64,000 nt of DNA, taken from assembly GCA_964016885.1 (NCBI GenBank), contig OZ024740.1, positions 374,294,001-374,358,000 of the forward strand, given 5' to 3'. Source of the stretch: Eledone cirrhosa. Lineage: Eukaryota. How positions within the stretch are numbered: position 1 is the first letter of the stretch; each line of letters opens with the position of its first letter. Below the pieces are notes generated by a model. It worked only from the letters and a program-made list of their open reading frames with translations. It was not told the origin of the DNA and ran no database searches. Positions 28,738 through 42,500 of the stretch are shown piece by piece. The translations under genes were made by a program, and so were the position numbers.

Positions 28738-29590
28738 TAATAAAGTAATGAATAAACAAAGAAACAGTTCCTTATATTTAACAAATTCATCATTTTACGA
28801 TCGTTTCTAGGATACATATGTGTTAGTGTTGGTATGCATATTCTATAGATCTATGTAAAATATTATACAAACTATCAGAGGGAATATACAGACCTACACA
28901 TATATATGCTGTCTTCAGATATAATGATATTTGTTTATTGAAAAAAACAAAGTTTCAATACAATAGGTCTGTTTGGGAACAGGTTTTGAATTGACCAATA
29001 GAAAGATAGTGAAGGTCAAGATAGTAATATAGTAGTAAAAGAACCTTAATTTATGGGTAGAGGAAGGTAGATTTTAGTTTTGGATGGAAAAGTATATTAT
29101 GAATGAAAGATTATTTTAGGGATGAAAATAATTATATTTGTTCATTGAATAAAACCAACAAAGATTTAAAATAGTCTGTCTGTTTGGCAACAGGTTTAGA
29201 ATTAACCAATAGAAAGTTAATAATTGGCCAAATGGTAAAATAGTAGTAATTGAAGTTTATTTTAGGGGTAGAAGAAGGTAGATTTCAGTTTTGAATGGAG
29301 TGTGAAGAATGAGAAGGTTATTTTAGGGGTGAAAATAGGTCAGGTCAGTAAAAGGTCACAAACAGTTGCTGTTATAAACTAGTAATGCCAATGCAAATAT
29401 CTAAGGAGACTAAAATTTTACGATAAGAGTGTTAGTGAAAAAAATACATCCATGAAAAGAATATAAATTAATTTAGTTGATGGGTATATTTATATTGATA
29501 GAATTATACTAATGCATATAGATATGATAAATAAGAGTTAGATGTAGTTGAAGTGTGCTGTTAAAGATGAGGGGAAATTAAAAGAATATA
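28735..29590 (-). mobile_element. PLE-type 3' UTR/pLTR fragment
   Basis: Internal ~210-bp duplication (28966/29177), HHR, (TA)n flanks; its 3' part is copied in inverted orientation at 27905-27990. Confidence 0.55.
28789..28928 (-). ncRNA. Type-I hammerhead with ~100-nt stem II
   Basis: Reverse complement: atcattatat CTGAAGA cagcATATATATGTGT...ACACATATGTATccta GAAA CGATCG TA aaatgat. Confidence 0.65.
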
Positions 29591-29620
29591 AAAATAATAT
29601 ATATATATATATATATATAT

Positions 29621-29673
<53 letters not shown>

Positions 29674-29742
29674 AACACACACATATACATACATATACAT
29701 ACACACATACATACACACACATGCATATATATATATATATAT

Positions 29743-29854
<112 letters not shown>

Positions 29855-29974
29855 GTGCGTGTGTGTGTGTGTGTGTATGTGTGTGTGTGGATGTGGGTGT
29901 GTATGTGTGTGTGAGTCGGGGGATCGTGTTGTGTGTGTGTATGTGTGTAAATTCTATAGCGACTATGTTACAAA

Positions 29975-31600
29975 ATTGAGGATATACCTAATCAAACTAG
30001 ACGAACGCAAATATGGAAGGTTACAGAATTAACGGGACGAAAAATGCGGGAAAGCATGTGAAACAATGATTGTATGCAGTGCTGGATGGTTTAAGGCAAC
30101 AAATAAATACAATGCCAGCAAAACCAAAGAAATACGAAGAACGATGCAGCCAATTGATGCAGAATAGACGTTTCCAAATCGACAAAAAAAGATTGTTTTA
30201 GAAACTGGAAGTAATCGAAACGAACAATAGTCCAAGGCCAGATGCAGAAGAAAACATTGCTTTTGGGAACAATATTTATAGTATATCTGTTGAATACAAT
30301 GCTAAGGAAGTTAGGAAGTAGTACATGATGTAGAAATGCATGAAAACAAGAAAATATAAAAAAAAAGATGATTAACAGTTGCAAAAGATACCAATATTAA
30401 AAGCAGCTGGTCCAGATCCTGTAAATGGATATTGCTTGAAAAACGTCTTCAACTTGTGTGAAATAATAGCTACACAATTCTGAATAAACACCGGAATGGA
30501 AGACACAAAACGTTATCGTTATAGGAAATTCTACGTTAACAAGGGTACAGAAGGAATTATATTAGCCGACCAAAACCAAGCCATAAGAAAAAGATGGGTA
30601 TGGCAAAAACCTTGTAATGAAATGAATTCAGGCTGGATGAGAAAGTATTTGGAGAAAGCAGTGTTAGTTAGTCACGTCGTTTGCGAATGTAAAGAGTTAT
30701 CCCAGAATGATTACAACATCGGGTTACATAATAGGCTGCCATGCTGCACTGGAGATTGTGTAAAAATACGGATTCCCATGGCAAAAGAAAGTTATGAATA
30801 TGCTGTTACAAATATGATGGTAGTGCTAGAGAACGATGAAATATATCTCTTACGGGATTTCCCAGTTTAGAGCGATGTGAAACTATAGCACAACCTAAGG
30901 GATATTTGTCATAATAAAGAAGAGGACGTGTACACCAGAATTAGAGGAAAAGAAAATCATAGTTTATACATGTCTCCAATACATTTTCAAATGCTGGAAT
31001 AATGATGTGAAAACTTCATTTTCTCATTGGTAATTGGTACTTTTGACATGGTGAGGGAGAACCTTGAGAACTATTTGTCGAACATAGACTTTGCATCAGG
31101 TATCGAAACACACCAGAAAATACATTGACTGGGAAGTGCTCGAATATTCTAAAAGGTTCTTTGATTACCAGAATTAATGAAATGGCAAGCATGCTGGATA
31201 TAAGCGGAAACTGTGTCGGAAGGATTTCCAATCGCAGCACAAGCTCAAAGCCACACCACCAGAAACTAGCACAAGTACAACATGCAGCAGAACACAGTAA
31301 GTACAGTATATGGTGAGATATAGTGGAAACAATTAACCAAATTTCATCTCGCTGCCCAGTCTTAGCAATATAGCAGTACATCCACGTTCATGATAGAATT
31401 AACATTTACTTGAAGATATACCAATATTACAAAATACCAACAGAAAAACAATCCTACAGACACATTACAGAAAAAATGAGTCGGAGAATGGCAAGGCAAC
31501 TATACTCCTGGATATGCCAAAATACAGAGAAAGGGAGCACAAAGCTAACCAACTGGATACTATATTCAAAGATCATAAAGAAATGAAGAAATTATCCAAA
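29975..31600 (+). mobile_element. Decayed R4/Dong-like non-LTR retrotransposon fragments
   Basis: KAAGPDPVNGYCLK (~30400); ETINQISSRCPVLA..HDRI (CCHC/RLE region, ~31330). Confidence 0.6.
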
Positions 31601-31604
31601 TACA

Positions 31605-32350
31605 ATTGTTTCTACTTTTGGCACAAGGCCAGCAAATATCCAGTACATTACTGGCACTTTATTTTATCGACCCCATAAGGATAAAAGACAAAGTTATCCT
31701 TGACGGGATTTGAACTCAAAGTAACTATGCTAGAAAGCATGGCGTCCAAACCTCTATCAATACTGCCAGTTCACCGTCCTTATTTATCCAAATTATCCAA
31801 ATATAATTATCCACAGATAGAAATATCCCAAATATTGATGGGGAAAGCAGAAACAATAGCTGCTCTGGGAATGATAAAAAATACGGTCTGACACATACAT
31901 ATCCAAAGTCCAGGACACAAATATATACAGTATAAAAAATAGAAAACAGTATTGTACTCGCTGATGTAGTGACGAAGTGCAATATAGATGAGACACACAA
32001 AATAAAATAAAATAAAATAATAATAATTGTTTCTACTTTTGGCACAATGACAGCAAATATACCAGTGTATTACAGGTGCTTTATTTTATCTACCCCGTAA
32101 GGATGACAGGTAAAGATAACCCCGGTGGGATTTGCACTCAGACCATAAATGGTCGCAACTCTTTACTACAAAGCATGGCGTCAGACCCACCACCAACCAT
32201 AATAATAATAATAATGAATTCTACTATAGGCACAAGTCCAGCAAATTGAGTAAAGGGGTAAGTCGGTTAAATCGACCCCAGTACGTTAGTGATGCTTTAA
32301 TTTATCGACCCCAAAAGGATAAAAGCCAAAGATAACCTCGGCGAGATTTT
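31605..32350 (-). mobile_element. Three Deu/Nin-type SINE copies (31605-31770, 32025-32190, 32218-32350)
   Basis: Reverse complement of the SINE core seen at 11595-11918. Confidence 0.8.
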
Positions 32351-32419
32351 CCATTAGAATGTAATGGGTTGTTATTCTATGACATTAAGTATGTTGCCCG
32401 ACTCTCTTGCGATTCTACC

Positions 32420-32630
32420 CATAATAATAATAATGGGAGGTATATCCCAAGAGGACAGCATGTCACCACAGATGTTTGTACTCTGCATGTTACTACTGAT
32501 AATGATTTTAAGAAAAGCCAACTATGGGTATGAATCCAAAGGTCACCATCAAAATATCAACCACCTTTTATTCATGGACGACCTCAAGCTTTATGGTAAG
32601 AATAAATCCCAGCTTGCTTCACTTGTTGAT
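32420..32630 (+). mobile_element. R4/Dong-like RT fragment
   Basis: GISQEDSMSPQMF...INHLLFMDDLKLYGKN. Confidence 0.75.
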
Positions 32631-32639
32631 AATGGCATA

Positions 32640-32960
32640 ACATTATCTATATTGTCCTCTTGTTCCGGTCTTTCCGATACAGTGCCATCACTCAACGTCT
32701 CACAGAACTGGGGATTTTCACATTTTCCACCAGTTTCAGTAGATGTCTGTGAATAGGTCACCGAACAAGTCTGACATGTACACGTAAATCTCCCGAGGTA
32801 GACCATCCAAGCAAGGCGATTTATCCTTCATGTTCATGCAGTCAGCTATTGGACCCTGTATTTCAGAGGTTGTTATCGGCTTTTCGCAAACCTCCGACTC
32901 CTTCGCTGACATCCCTGAAGTCCATCTACCACCCCTCACGAACAGTAGGGAAAAATACTA
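32640..32960 (-). mobile_element. L1/Tx1-like RT fragment
   Basis: KSPCLDGLPREIY in ORF 32736-32939. Confidence 0.6.
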
Positions 32961-33646
32961 TTGAAAAGCACTTTCAATTTGAGCTTTTGTAGCTCTTTCA
33001 ATTTTTAGACTATTACTCCAATAAAACGGTATATCAGAGTTCGACATACCGTAATTTAGAGTAGTTACAGAAGAGTCTTCAGACGGATGATATGGTCATT
33101 TTTTAAGAAGACACCTTGCTTTTTGTAATGCATCCACAGAAAGGCTTAGCACCGGCCAATGAAATATACTTAGGGATACTGTGCATTATGGATTGTGTTT
33201 TTTTTTATGTAGTTGCTTTTGCTGCTTCCGCTGGGATCGTGTTACTGTTATTATGTTGTTTTTGTTGATAAAGCTGCTGCTGTTATTGTTCTTGTGACTG
33301 TTGTTGTTTTCATCGGTATTATATTTTCAACTATTTTGCAATTTCTGTCGCTGTTGTTTTTGTTGTTGTTTACATTTTTATCGTTGTTGCTTTTCTTTTT
33401 GTTGTTGTTGTTGTTGTTGCTGCTGTTGGTGTTGTTGTTGTTGTTGTTGTCGTTGTTGTTATTGTTGCTGCTGCTGCTGGGGTTGCTGTTCCTGTCGGCA
33501 CGACTTTAATGTTTTCATTCAAAACGATATTGTTTTTTTTTTATGTTAAAATAATTTTTCCTGAAGCTTGCCATTAAAATAACGCTGTCTTGTTCGACCG
33601 TTGACATCAACGTCTACCTCTTTTTATGTTGTCTGTTATCGTTCTC

Positions 33647-33748
<102 letters not shown>

Positions 33749-34399
33749 AGTGCCGTATCCATGTTCGAACGATGATACAAAGAACAACATTTAATGTGAA
33801 ATGTTACAAAGGCGACACCCCCATGGCGCGAGCGTTGTGTTAGTACGAGAGCCCCACCTTTGATAAGAGGGTTACTTGCTCTAAACACAAATAAAAGGTT
33901 AGTGACGTTCGAAATGAACGTAAACAATTCAAATTTAGCTGGAGGCGATATGAAGCGTGGTTTCAGTAGTAATAATAACAATAGTAATAATAATAGTATT
34001 AATAATAACAAAAAAACTAAACCTATGTACATCAAAGTTACTTAGAAGGAGAGGGAAACTAGCAGATAAAGATAAATTACAACAAAATCAGCAGCAACAC
34101 TAGCCAATGTAAGCTTCAATTTGTCAATCCCAGTTTAGGGAAAATAAATAAATAAAAATAATAATAATGCTTTCTTTATTAACCACAAGGGTTTACACAA
34201 AGTAGACATTAATGACAGTACAGGACAATACAGGACGGTCCAAACGAGTATTTCTGCGTGTAAAAAAAAACAAAAAACAGAGGATGTAATAAAAAGAACA
34301 ATGAACAATTCCCCTGATTTCACTATTAGATACACATTGCTCACATTAAGAGACTTTAAAAAACGGCACAAAGACCGTTAATGGTAATAATGATAAAAC

Positions 34400-35215
34400 T
34401 ACTTTGACGCTAAACTCGGCCGGTTGCAGACTGCGCATCAACAGAGTTTTTTTCTCTCCATAAAATTTGATCACAAACAGCAGAGTTCAAAGAGCAAAGA
34501 TCAAGTCCAATCCATAGGTTTACATTATCAAACCATTGTTTTGGCTGCCGGCCTCTGTTTCTTTCACCAGACAACCTTCCTTCCATGCATAACTTATTCA
34601 CGCCACGAGTTGACCTTATTATATGACCCAATACCTTGAGTACCGTTGACTTGACAATTGATATAATTGGTCTATGTCTGGTAATATTGAGCAGCTCACT
34701 GATACATACGGTCGCAGAGCCACATGCCAGGCATACATCTCATGATTTGGATCTTGAATGTAGAGAGCTTCTGAAGTGACCTGGTCGTCCAATTAACAGT
34801 CAAGACCATATAACACAGCTGGGATGATGTAAGTATCGAAGATCTTGTCCTTCAAATGATAGAAAACTCGTTTTGATGTTAGTAATTCCTTGTTTTTATT
34901 GAATGCTGCCCAACCTAGAGCGATGCGATACTGCGTAGTGACAATTCCATTGTTGTTTGATGGTAGCTTGTTACCAAGACATACAAACTCCCATGACTAT
35001 CAAATAGGTGGTAAAATCCTATCATATTTTAGCTATGCAGAGGATCTGGCCACCATGAGTTACTCTAGAACTGATCTGAAAGACTTTCTGAATGTACTGG
35101 CCAAATATTCGCTGGGAGCTGGCTTGCGCATCAACATCGCTAAAACAAAGTGTATAACAACTGATAAAAACAATGTCAATCTCCAACTCACAATCGACCA
35201 CCAGCAACAAATGAT
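34400..35215. mobile_element. RTE-like LINE remnant with an internal inversion
   Basis: Minus strand GHIIR..GRLSGERNRGRQPKQWFDNV (34410-34631); plus strand FSYAEDL..GLRINIAKTK (34990-35210). Confidence 0.6.
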
Positions 35216-35519
35216 AAAATGTGACACGTAAATACCCCCAAAATGTATGATGGTGTCACGTGAAAAACACTGGTATTAGTGCAAACTTAAATTTACTAAT
35301 TCTCCTTATATGCGCATAAGTGTCGAACCCAATACTTTCAAATAACGCTGAAAATAAAACTGGAAGAATATGTGAAAAGTTTCACCAGGCAAGTGATCCC
35401 TGGCCCAGCTGCAGCTATCTGACTGTCATCAAAATACTGCTGGTGTCGGAGGAACGAGGAGGAACGAGGCAAGAACCAACTGCACGAATGAATTACATAA
35501 AACTGAATGAAATTTTACC

Positions 35520-37120
35520 TGAAAAGTGATCTCACTAAGGGCTATAGGAAATAGATGCATTCAATCTGGAAAGATATTGGTGTTTTTAAATTAGGTGAAG
35601 GAAAATAGCGTGTCAGGCTCATGTAATAAGAACGATTAGATGGATAATTGAGTTGGAATTGCAGGAACTGAGTAACGAGAGGAAGCTAGAAATGGAAAGT
35701 GGGGTATATGAGGCAAATATAATTGTAGAAAGTGGAATAAATTGGACAAATCAGCAAGTAGAAAATGAGGGTGAAGTGTTTGTGAGACCTGAGGAATTTC
35801 CGGCAAAGACAATATTCTAATTGATTAGATGAATAACATCGCGAGTAAAGACACTGCCATTGAGAAAATGAACACTAAAGGACATTGACAAGATTCTGTT
35901 GCTATTCTGAATTTAAAGGTGGATGGAATGAATAATGATAGTGGAAAACCTATAAGTCCAATATTTGTAAAGAGAACAAATAGAAAAAAACCACAGCTAA
36001 ATCTAAATACCCTAAAGCAAAGAGTCCTCAACAAAGTATGAAGCAATCGCAAGTGTGCTGAAGATAATGCTTGTTATCAAAACAAGGGGAAACAAACATT
36101 AAAAGACAAAACACTTCGAGAATGAAGCGCTAGGATGGGCAAATCAATGGAATAAGTAAGTACATCGGAGAGCTTGTCTTTAATAAATGCGTCATAGATA
36201 CAAAAGATAGATTCACAAGGAAATACAACACAATGAGAAACGTTCTGAATGTTGTAATAGAGGAACTCAAGGAACGTGCCATAGCCAAAAGTGCAAAAAT
36301 GCAGAAACATGAGAGCAGATATAAATAAATATAGACAAATAAATATAGACAAAACCGTTTGTTCAACAACTAGATGTCATTTGAACAGCTTAAAGAGAAG
36401 GAAAGGGGCAACGATGCTATTCATGTGGCTGAGTGGGCCAACACATTTTGGCATGTGGGAGCAGGATTTTGAGCATTAAAGTGGTGCAGAGTGGATTGAG
36501 ACTGGGCTTTAACGTACAAGCACACGAACAACCTGATTTGAGTATCTCGGTTGAAACCCATAAAAAGCAGGCCAATAAATTAACCAATTGGAAATCACCA
36601 GGTTCGGATGGTGTGCAAGGATATTGGACTCTCCACTTGATAATGACGACCGTGTACAATGATTAATTGGTGTCGTGTGATGAAGCCAAGGGAACTGAAA
36701 TGACCAACAATATGCCTATCACTAATCTTACCTTGATGTGGAAATTACTAACAATCATTACATCTGAAGTAATGTAGCACCACCTTGATATAAACAACAT
36801 ATTGCCAGCGGAACAGAAATACTGCTGAAAGATGTCGTAAAAAAGACACGTTATCCTATTGAAATGGGATGCATAGAATACAAGAATGCATTAGCTACAA
36901 TTCTTCATTTTGGGACAAATAAGCGTCTGGAATACTTCAGGGTGGCGGAATACATCATACTGCTACTAAATATTAGCGTATAGACCTGGGACACAGAGCT
37001 AACATCGGGGGCACTATCCTTGAGAGGAGTGAAATTCAAGAGAGTTACCTGCCAATGAGATAGTCGACGCTCTTTACTGTTTGTCATTACCCTCATACAA
37101 TTGACCTACGTATTGCGATG
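35520..37120 (+). mobile_element. Decayed R4/Dong-like LINE
   Basis: NWKSPGSDGVQGYW (36433-36666), PITNL..MWKLLT, LPAEQK. Confidence 0.65.
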
Positions 37121-37129
37121 AGTGAAGGC

Positions 37130-37750
37130 AGAATAAGAACTACTAAGAGTAGTAGAAGCTTAGTGTATTTATCATGGCTGGTAGTGCTTTCGGATGTAAA
37201 ACCGTTCATCAGACTCTATTCATTTTGCGTAATGCTTTACGCATCGGAATATTTGAACTGTTGTTTCCAATTGTGCAAATCAGACAGCTCAGAGTTGGTG
37301 TTACTACCTAATGAATTAGGCCTCTGTTCTTCGTAGACTGATTGCGTGCACTTCCATTGTTATGTTTCTGGTACATTCTTATCTGTGTTCGGACACTCTG
37401 CTCTCTGTTGTTGCATTCTGGTGTTGTATTCTCTCTGGTGTTGTATTTCAATTCGTTGTGTAGATTTCGCTTCGTGGAACTGATGTAGTTGAGCCGACAT
37501 GCACATTTCAATTCATAAACTACGTAGGCATGTTGGGTTTGTGTTGTTGTTGCCGCCGTAGTAGCAGTGATACTTCTTTCGCAAAACGGTCAACGTCAGA
37601 TGGTGCAGGCGACGTCTTCGTGGCTCTATGTGAAGTGTTGTGTCAGTGTCCGTCAAAGCCCTGTTAGTTGCAATGGGAGACCTGATCTTTTAATGTATAT
37701 TTAACCGTGTGTTCGCCATCATATAACTTCTCCCTTGTATTCCCGGTGTG
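37130..37750 (-). mobile_element. Decayed PLE GIY-YIG fragment
   Basis: Reverse strand YVVYELKCACRLNYISSTKRNL (VVY..C.C..YIG.T.R pattern). Confidence 0.55.
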
Positions 37751-39111
37751 CATGTGTGTATATATGCGTGTGCGCGTTAATATACAGGTTTGTTTGATAC
37801 AAATCTAAGATTTTATTATATATGAATGTAAAACCTTAAATTACTAAGCATAACTAAGTTTTAATCCTTCCTGCCGTAAATATTCTAAACGGATGAAATT
37901 CCGAAAGAAAATTCCTAAATATTATATTTTTCTTAAATCTGCAACAATAGCCTTTATTACCATCATCTGACAGTAGAATTATATGTAGTAGCATTTAATA
38001 AAGAAATTGGTAAATAACATAACAATCCAGAAAATTCACACTGTAAAAATAATATTTTACAATTATACCGTTATTATAGATTTAGTATTTACGCACCATC
38101 CTCCAATATGTATTATGTAATGTACATTAATTGTAATTCTGTAGCTCAGCCTAGGGTAATTGCCTTATTGATCTATTCAATTTCCTTAATAGGCTTCATT
38201 ACCTCCAACGCCCGAATAAATTTAAGTAACAACGTTTGAATATTCTCGCATTTAATGGAGATTAATTCATTTATATATTATATGTTCTTTAAAACACAAT
38301 ACAATAGATATATTGCGGTGTATCATTCGATTATTGCACTTAGTTATTGCCCCTTATATGATAATTTATAGTTTATTGATACGATCTAAATTATATAATC
38401 TAAATGATACAATATAAATTAAATTAATTGACATTATGATGTATAAATATGTTATAATAAAAATTCATGAATTTTAATAAATCTTTTGAAATATATTAAT
38501 TCATTGTTCAGCAAACCGAGGATATTCAGACGGAGTGGGGGGTAGTTTAGCTCTACTGTTTCTGTTTTAACTGTTAAATGCTGTGGAAGAAAGAGGCTTA
38601 GTGGGACGCCGGATAGCAGAGGTATCCACCAAGAGTGAAACATGCCATGCGAGCAAAGAAGGAGACCTACAAAGTTTGGCTTGGAAATAACTCTTTCTTA
38701 TACACGCGATACAAGCATGCGCTAAAATCGCAGCAGAGACAGTAAAGGCGTCGACAGTTAAAACATGGAAGAACTTCGAGGTTAGGCTGGAATCCGACTT
38801 CAGATCAGCAAATAAAGTAGCCTGGCAGACAATCCACCTATATCATAATACGTACGGCTTAATTCGGGATGTTTGTTTACAAACACACCGAGCATTATAA
38901 TAAATGTTCGGTGAATCCATACGTACATATATATATGTGTGCATGTATGTATATATATATATACATACTACTGTACGTCTGTATACATATATGTATGTAG
39001 GGATACATACTTATATTTAAGTAACGGCCGTAATAAGAGTAAGAAGTAAAATTTCGTTTCATTTTTTCCGTTTATCGTTTTCGGTGCGCCCGGCCGATTA
39101 ACTCACTCGAT

Positions 39112-39119
39112 ATGCAAAT
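39112..39119 (+). promoter_or_regulatory. Octamer motif ATGCAAAT conserved in the retrozyme-like family
   Basis: Same motif and context (ACTC..TATGCAAAT.G.CT) at 43687-43694 and, reverse-complemented, 7023-7030. Confidence 0.45.
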
Positions 39120-39192
39120 TAGGCTGCTCAGCCATTCATATACACAAGGAAAGTATATACTTTCAGACATTCAATCATCTGGCAGGAGGTAT

Positions 39193-39235
39193 ACGTTGCT
39201 GACGATAGCTAATAAGCTTGAAACTAGTACATATT
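39193..39235 (+). ncRNA. Minimal type-I hammerhead ribozyme
   Basis: acgttg CTGACGA tAGCT aata AGCTt GAAA CTAG TA cat; the copy at 43769 shows the full stem I (ACGTTG/CAGCGT). Confidence 0.78.
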
Positions 39236-39521
39236 TCCTTTGTCAGTGTTGAACAAATGAGCAACGATGGTTGTTAGACACCGTACGGCTTAATTCGGGA
39301 TGTTTGTTTACAAACACACCGAGCATTATAATAAATGTTCGGTGAATCCATATGTACATATATATATATGTGTTCATGTATGTATATATATATATATATA
39401 CATACTACTGTACGTATGTATACATATATGTATGTACGTATACATACTTATATTTAAGTAACAGACGTACTAAGAATGAGAAATGAAATTTCGTTTCATT
39501 TTTCCGTGTATATATATATAA

Positions 39522-39576
<55 letters not shown>

Positions 39577-39578
39577 TA

Positions 39579-42500
39579 ACTTTGATAGGTTTCGGTCATT
39601 ATTGGCCCAGGCCATGTCTAACTTAATATCAGCACTTGGCGAAGTCTTACAAATCAGTGTTTCGGCACTATGGCCCACTCGAGCAGAGAGTTATTGTTTA
39701 CGGAGGCATATCCGGGTGTAGGAGGCTTATCCGGGATTTCTTGAAGGAATTTGTCCAAAGTCTCCTTGAACTTGATGGGGTCTGTTTCTGCTTTGATGTG
39801 TTTTGGTGTAATGTTAAAGAGTGCAGGGCCAATTGAGGTGAAATAATTGAGCCGTATTGTAATGTGATGCGAGTGGGATTTTTGTCGTGGGCGGATAGCA
39901 CGGGGCCCAAGCCTTGGCTGTACACTAAAGGTGATGCCAACATCATTTGGGCTAAGCTGATGGAATTTTTTCCACATTATAGAGATAATGTAGCGCTCAT
40001 GGCGACGTTGAATAGAATAACGTTTTAGCGTTTCTAATCGACCCCAATAGTCAAGGCCTGTCATCCCATCTATCTTTTTTGTAATTGACCTTTGGGGTGC
40101 TTCAAATTTCACGATACTTTGTCTCGTGTGGGGTGACCATAGTGGACAACATAATTCAAGTTGGGGGTCGGGAAAAAGTGGAGAAGAGAATGACAACAGT
40201 GTATCGACTGGAAAGTTCTGAGAATTCAGGAACACATTCTGCGGGCCATATCAACTTTGATGTTTATATTAGTGGCCCAGCTTATATTGTTGTCCACAAT
40301 TACTCCCAGGTCTCTGATGTTATTGGAAGCCACTAGAGTTTCACCCGAAGGAAGAGAGCATAGTACATTTCAGGGCATCCTTTTTTTTACAAAGTGGATT
40401 AGTTCAAATTTATCCTCATTCAACAGCATATTATTCATCTCTGCCCATTGGATAACAGCGAGTAGGTCTGACTGAAGGCAACGTCACCCATCTCATTGAT
40501 GGCGCTTTGGAGCTTGGAATCAGCTGCGAAGATTCTGATGTTACTGTGTTTGATGATGTCAGAATTGTCATTAATGTAGATGATGAAAAGAAGTAGGCCC
40601 AACATAGTGCCTTGTGGGACGCCACTGCGGACTTTGGCAGGGCTTGATTTTACTCTTTCGACTACAACATGCTGGGTTCTGCCTGTCAGGAAACATTTGA
40701 TCCGCTGTAGTAACCTTCCAGAGGCAGCAACATTGGATAGTTTTTGCAGTAGAATCTCATGATCAACCCTGCCGAAGGCCTTGCTGAAATCAAGGTAGAT
40801 GACATCAGTGTTGGAGCCCTCGCCCAAGGCTCTCAAAACATCGCCAAAGTGATGCAGGAACTGCGTTAGGCAGTCCCTTCCATTACGGAACCTATGTTGG
40901 TTGGAGTTCAGCAGGCCGTTGCTTTCAAGAAAGTGGGTTATTCGTGATCTCACCACCCTCTCAAATACCTTGATAATATGAGAGGTGAGTGAGATCGGAC
41001 GGTAGTTCACTGCAAGCGACTTATTTCCCTTTTTGAAGACTGGGACAACGGACTGGGACAGAAAGTTTTCAGGAATATAGCCAGTGTACAGTGAGCTCCT
41101 CCACAGATTAGCAAGAGGAGTTGCAAGTTGATGTCGACACACCTTCAGGGCGCAAGCAGGGAACCTTTCGGGGCCTACTGCTGAATTGTGTTTAATTTCG
41201 TTTATTGCCGCTAAGACATCAGGGGCGCCAAACGTTATGTCTGATATAGTGCGTTGGGGTTAATATCACTGATACGGCCCAGATCGGCCATATCAGGGTT
41301 GCTGAAAACAGAGCAGTATTGTTTCTGCAGTATCTCGCCCAATATTTTGGCATTATCCTGGAGGTTGCCATTTTCAACAACGAGGGGGGCCAACAGTGGA
41401 GACAGTGACCTTGTGTTTTTTAGCGAATGACAAGAACACTTTGGGGTTGAGTTTGATTTTCTCAATGGCCCACCTCTCTTCAGCTATTCTCTGGTTATTG
41501 ATGATGGTCATCATGCATTGATGGAGATTATATTTTTTTGACTCAAGCAGGGTGATAGCCATTGAATGTGTGTGTTGCTGTTGGCACTATTTTAGTGTGT
41601 TAATTTTTGTGTTTGTTCTTTTTTTATTTTTCTGATAGTTGTTTTTTTTTGTTTTGGGGGATACTGCACTTGGTTTTTTTCACAGGTTTTGGTGGGGTAT
41701 CTTTTGTACATTTATTTATGACAGTGTCTACAAATATCTGACAAGATGTTTTGATGTTGGTGGAAGTGTGTGCGTGTGTAAACAACCAGTCGACATGTGA
41801 TAGTTCGTTCATAATTGCATCTCAGTTGGCATTGTGGATATCCATGTGATCAAATGGGTGGGCTGGAGAGAGGACCCTGGGATTAGCTTTCGGCTGGTGG
41901 AATCTCAGATTACCATGTCATGGTCTGAGAGAAGGGTTTTTTTCACTGTAATATTATGAATAGTGTCAGTGTAGTTACTAAACACTAGATCCAGAATGTT
42001 CTTCTGATGCCTCGTTGGTGCAAGGACAAGCTGGGACAAGAAAAACTCATTCATGAAGTCAAGAAGTGACTTGACAGCCACTTTGTCAGTAGTTGAGGTT
42101 GGGGTGCCTGATTTTAAACTACATGTAGACCAATCGACACAGGGTAGATTAAAGTCTCCCATCAAAAGTATGTTGCTAGAATGGCACTGTTTAATAAAGC
42201 ATTTAATACTGATGAAGCATTCTTTGAAATAGATTATTGGTGTTTGTGGCGGCCTATAGAGCCCAACTAATGTCAGCTCATTGGCTTTATCGTGCACAGT
42301 GACGGATTCGCAGTATCCATTAGAGAATTTTGTGTTGCGTTTGCCGTAAAGGAATCATGCAGGAAATGGCAGTTCCACCCTTCCTTCTGCCAACACGATC
42401 GGTTGAGACTTCGGCCGCCAAGTGGGAGTTGTCAAGATGGGTCTCAGTAAGAATGAAGAAGGGGATGTTAAATGGATGGTTACCAACCCAATCCTCAATG

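Larger units (their letters stand above)
38851..39507 (+). mobile_element. Non-coding 431-nt HHR unit, ~1.5 tandem copies (putative non-LTR retrozyme)
   Basis: 38851-39070 recurs at 39282-39507; HHR 39193-39235; ATGCAAAT 39112-39119; ends in (TA)n. Confidence 0.78.

Noticed and set aside
33213-33549. Poly-Leu/poly-Cys ORFs (also 57613-58048, 5152-5413)
   Set aside because: (GTT)n/(GAT)n trinucleotide repeats
39579-39610. Hammerhead-like GAAA-ccta-TC with a hairpin on the minus strand
   Set aside because: No CUGANGA half; better explained as the 3'-terminal stem-loop/tail of the CR1 LINE
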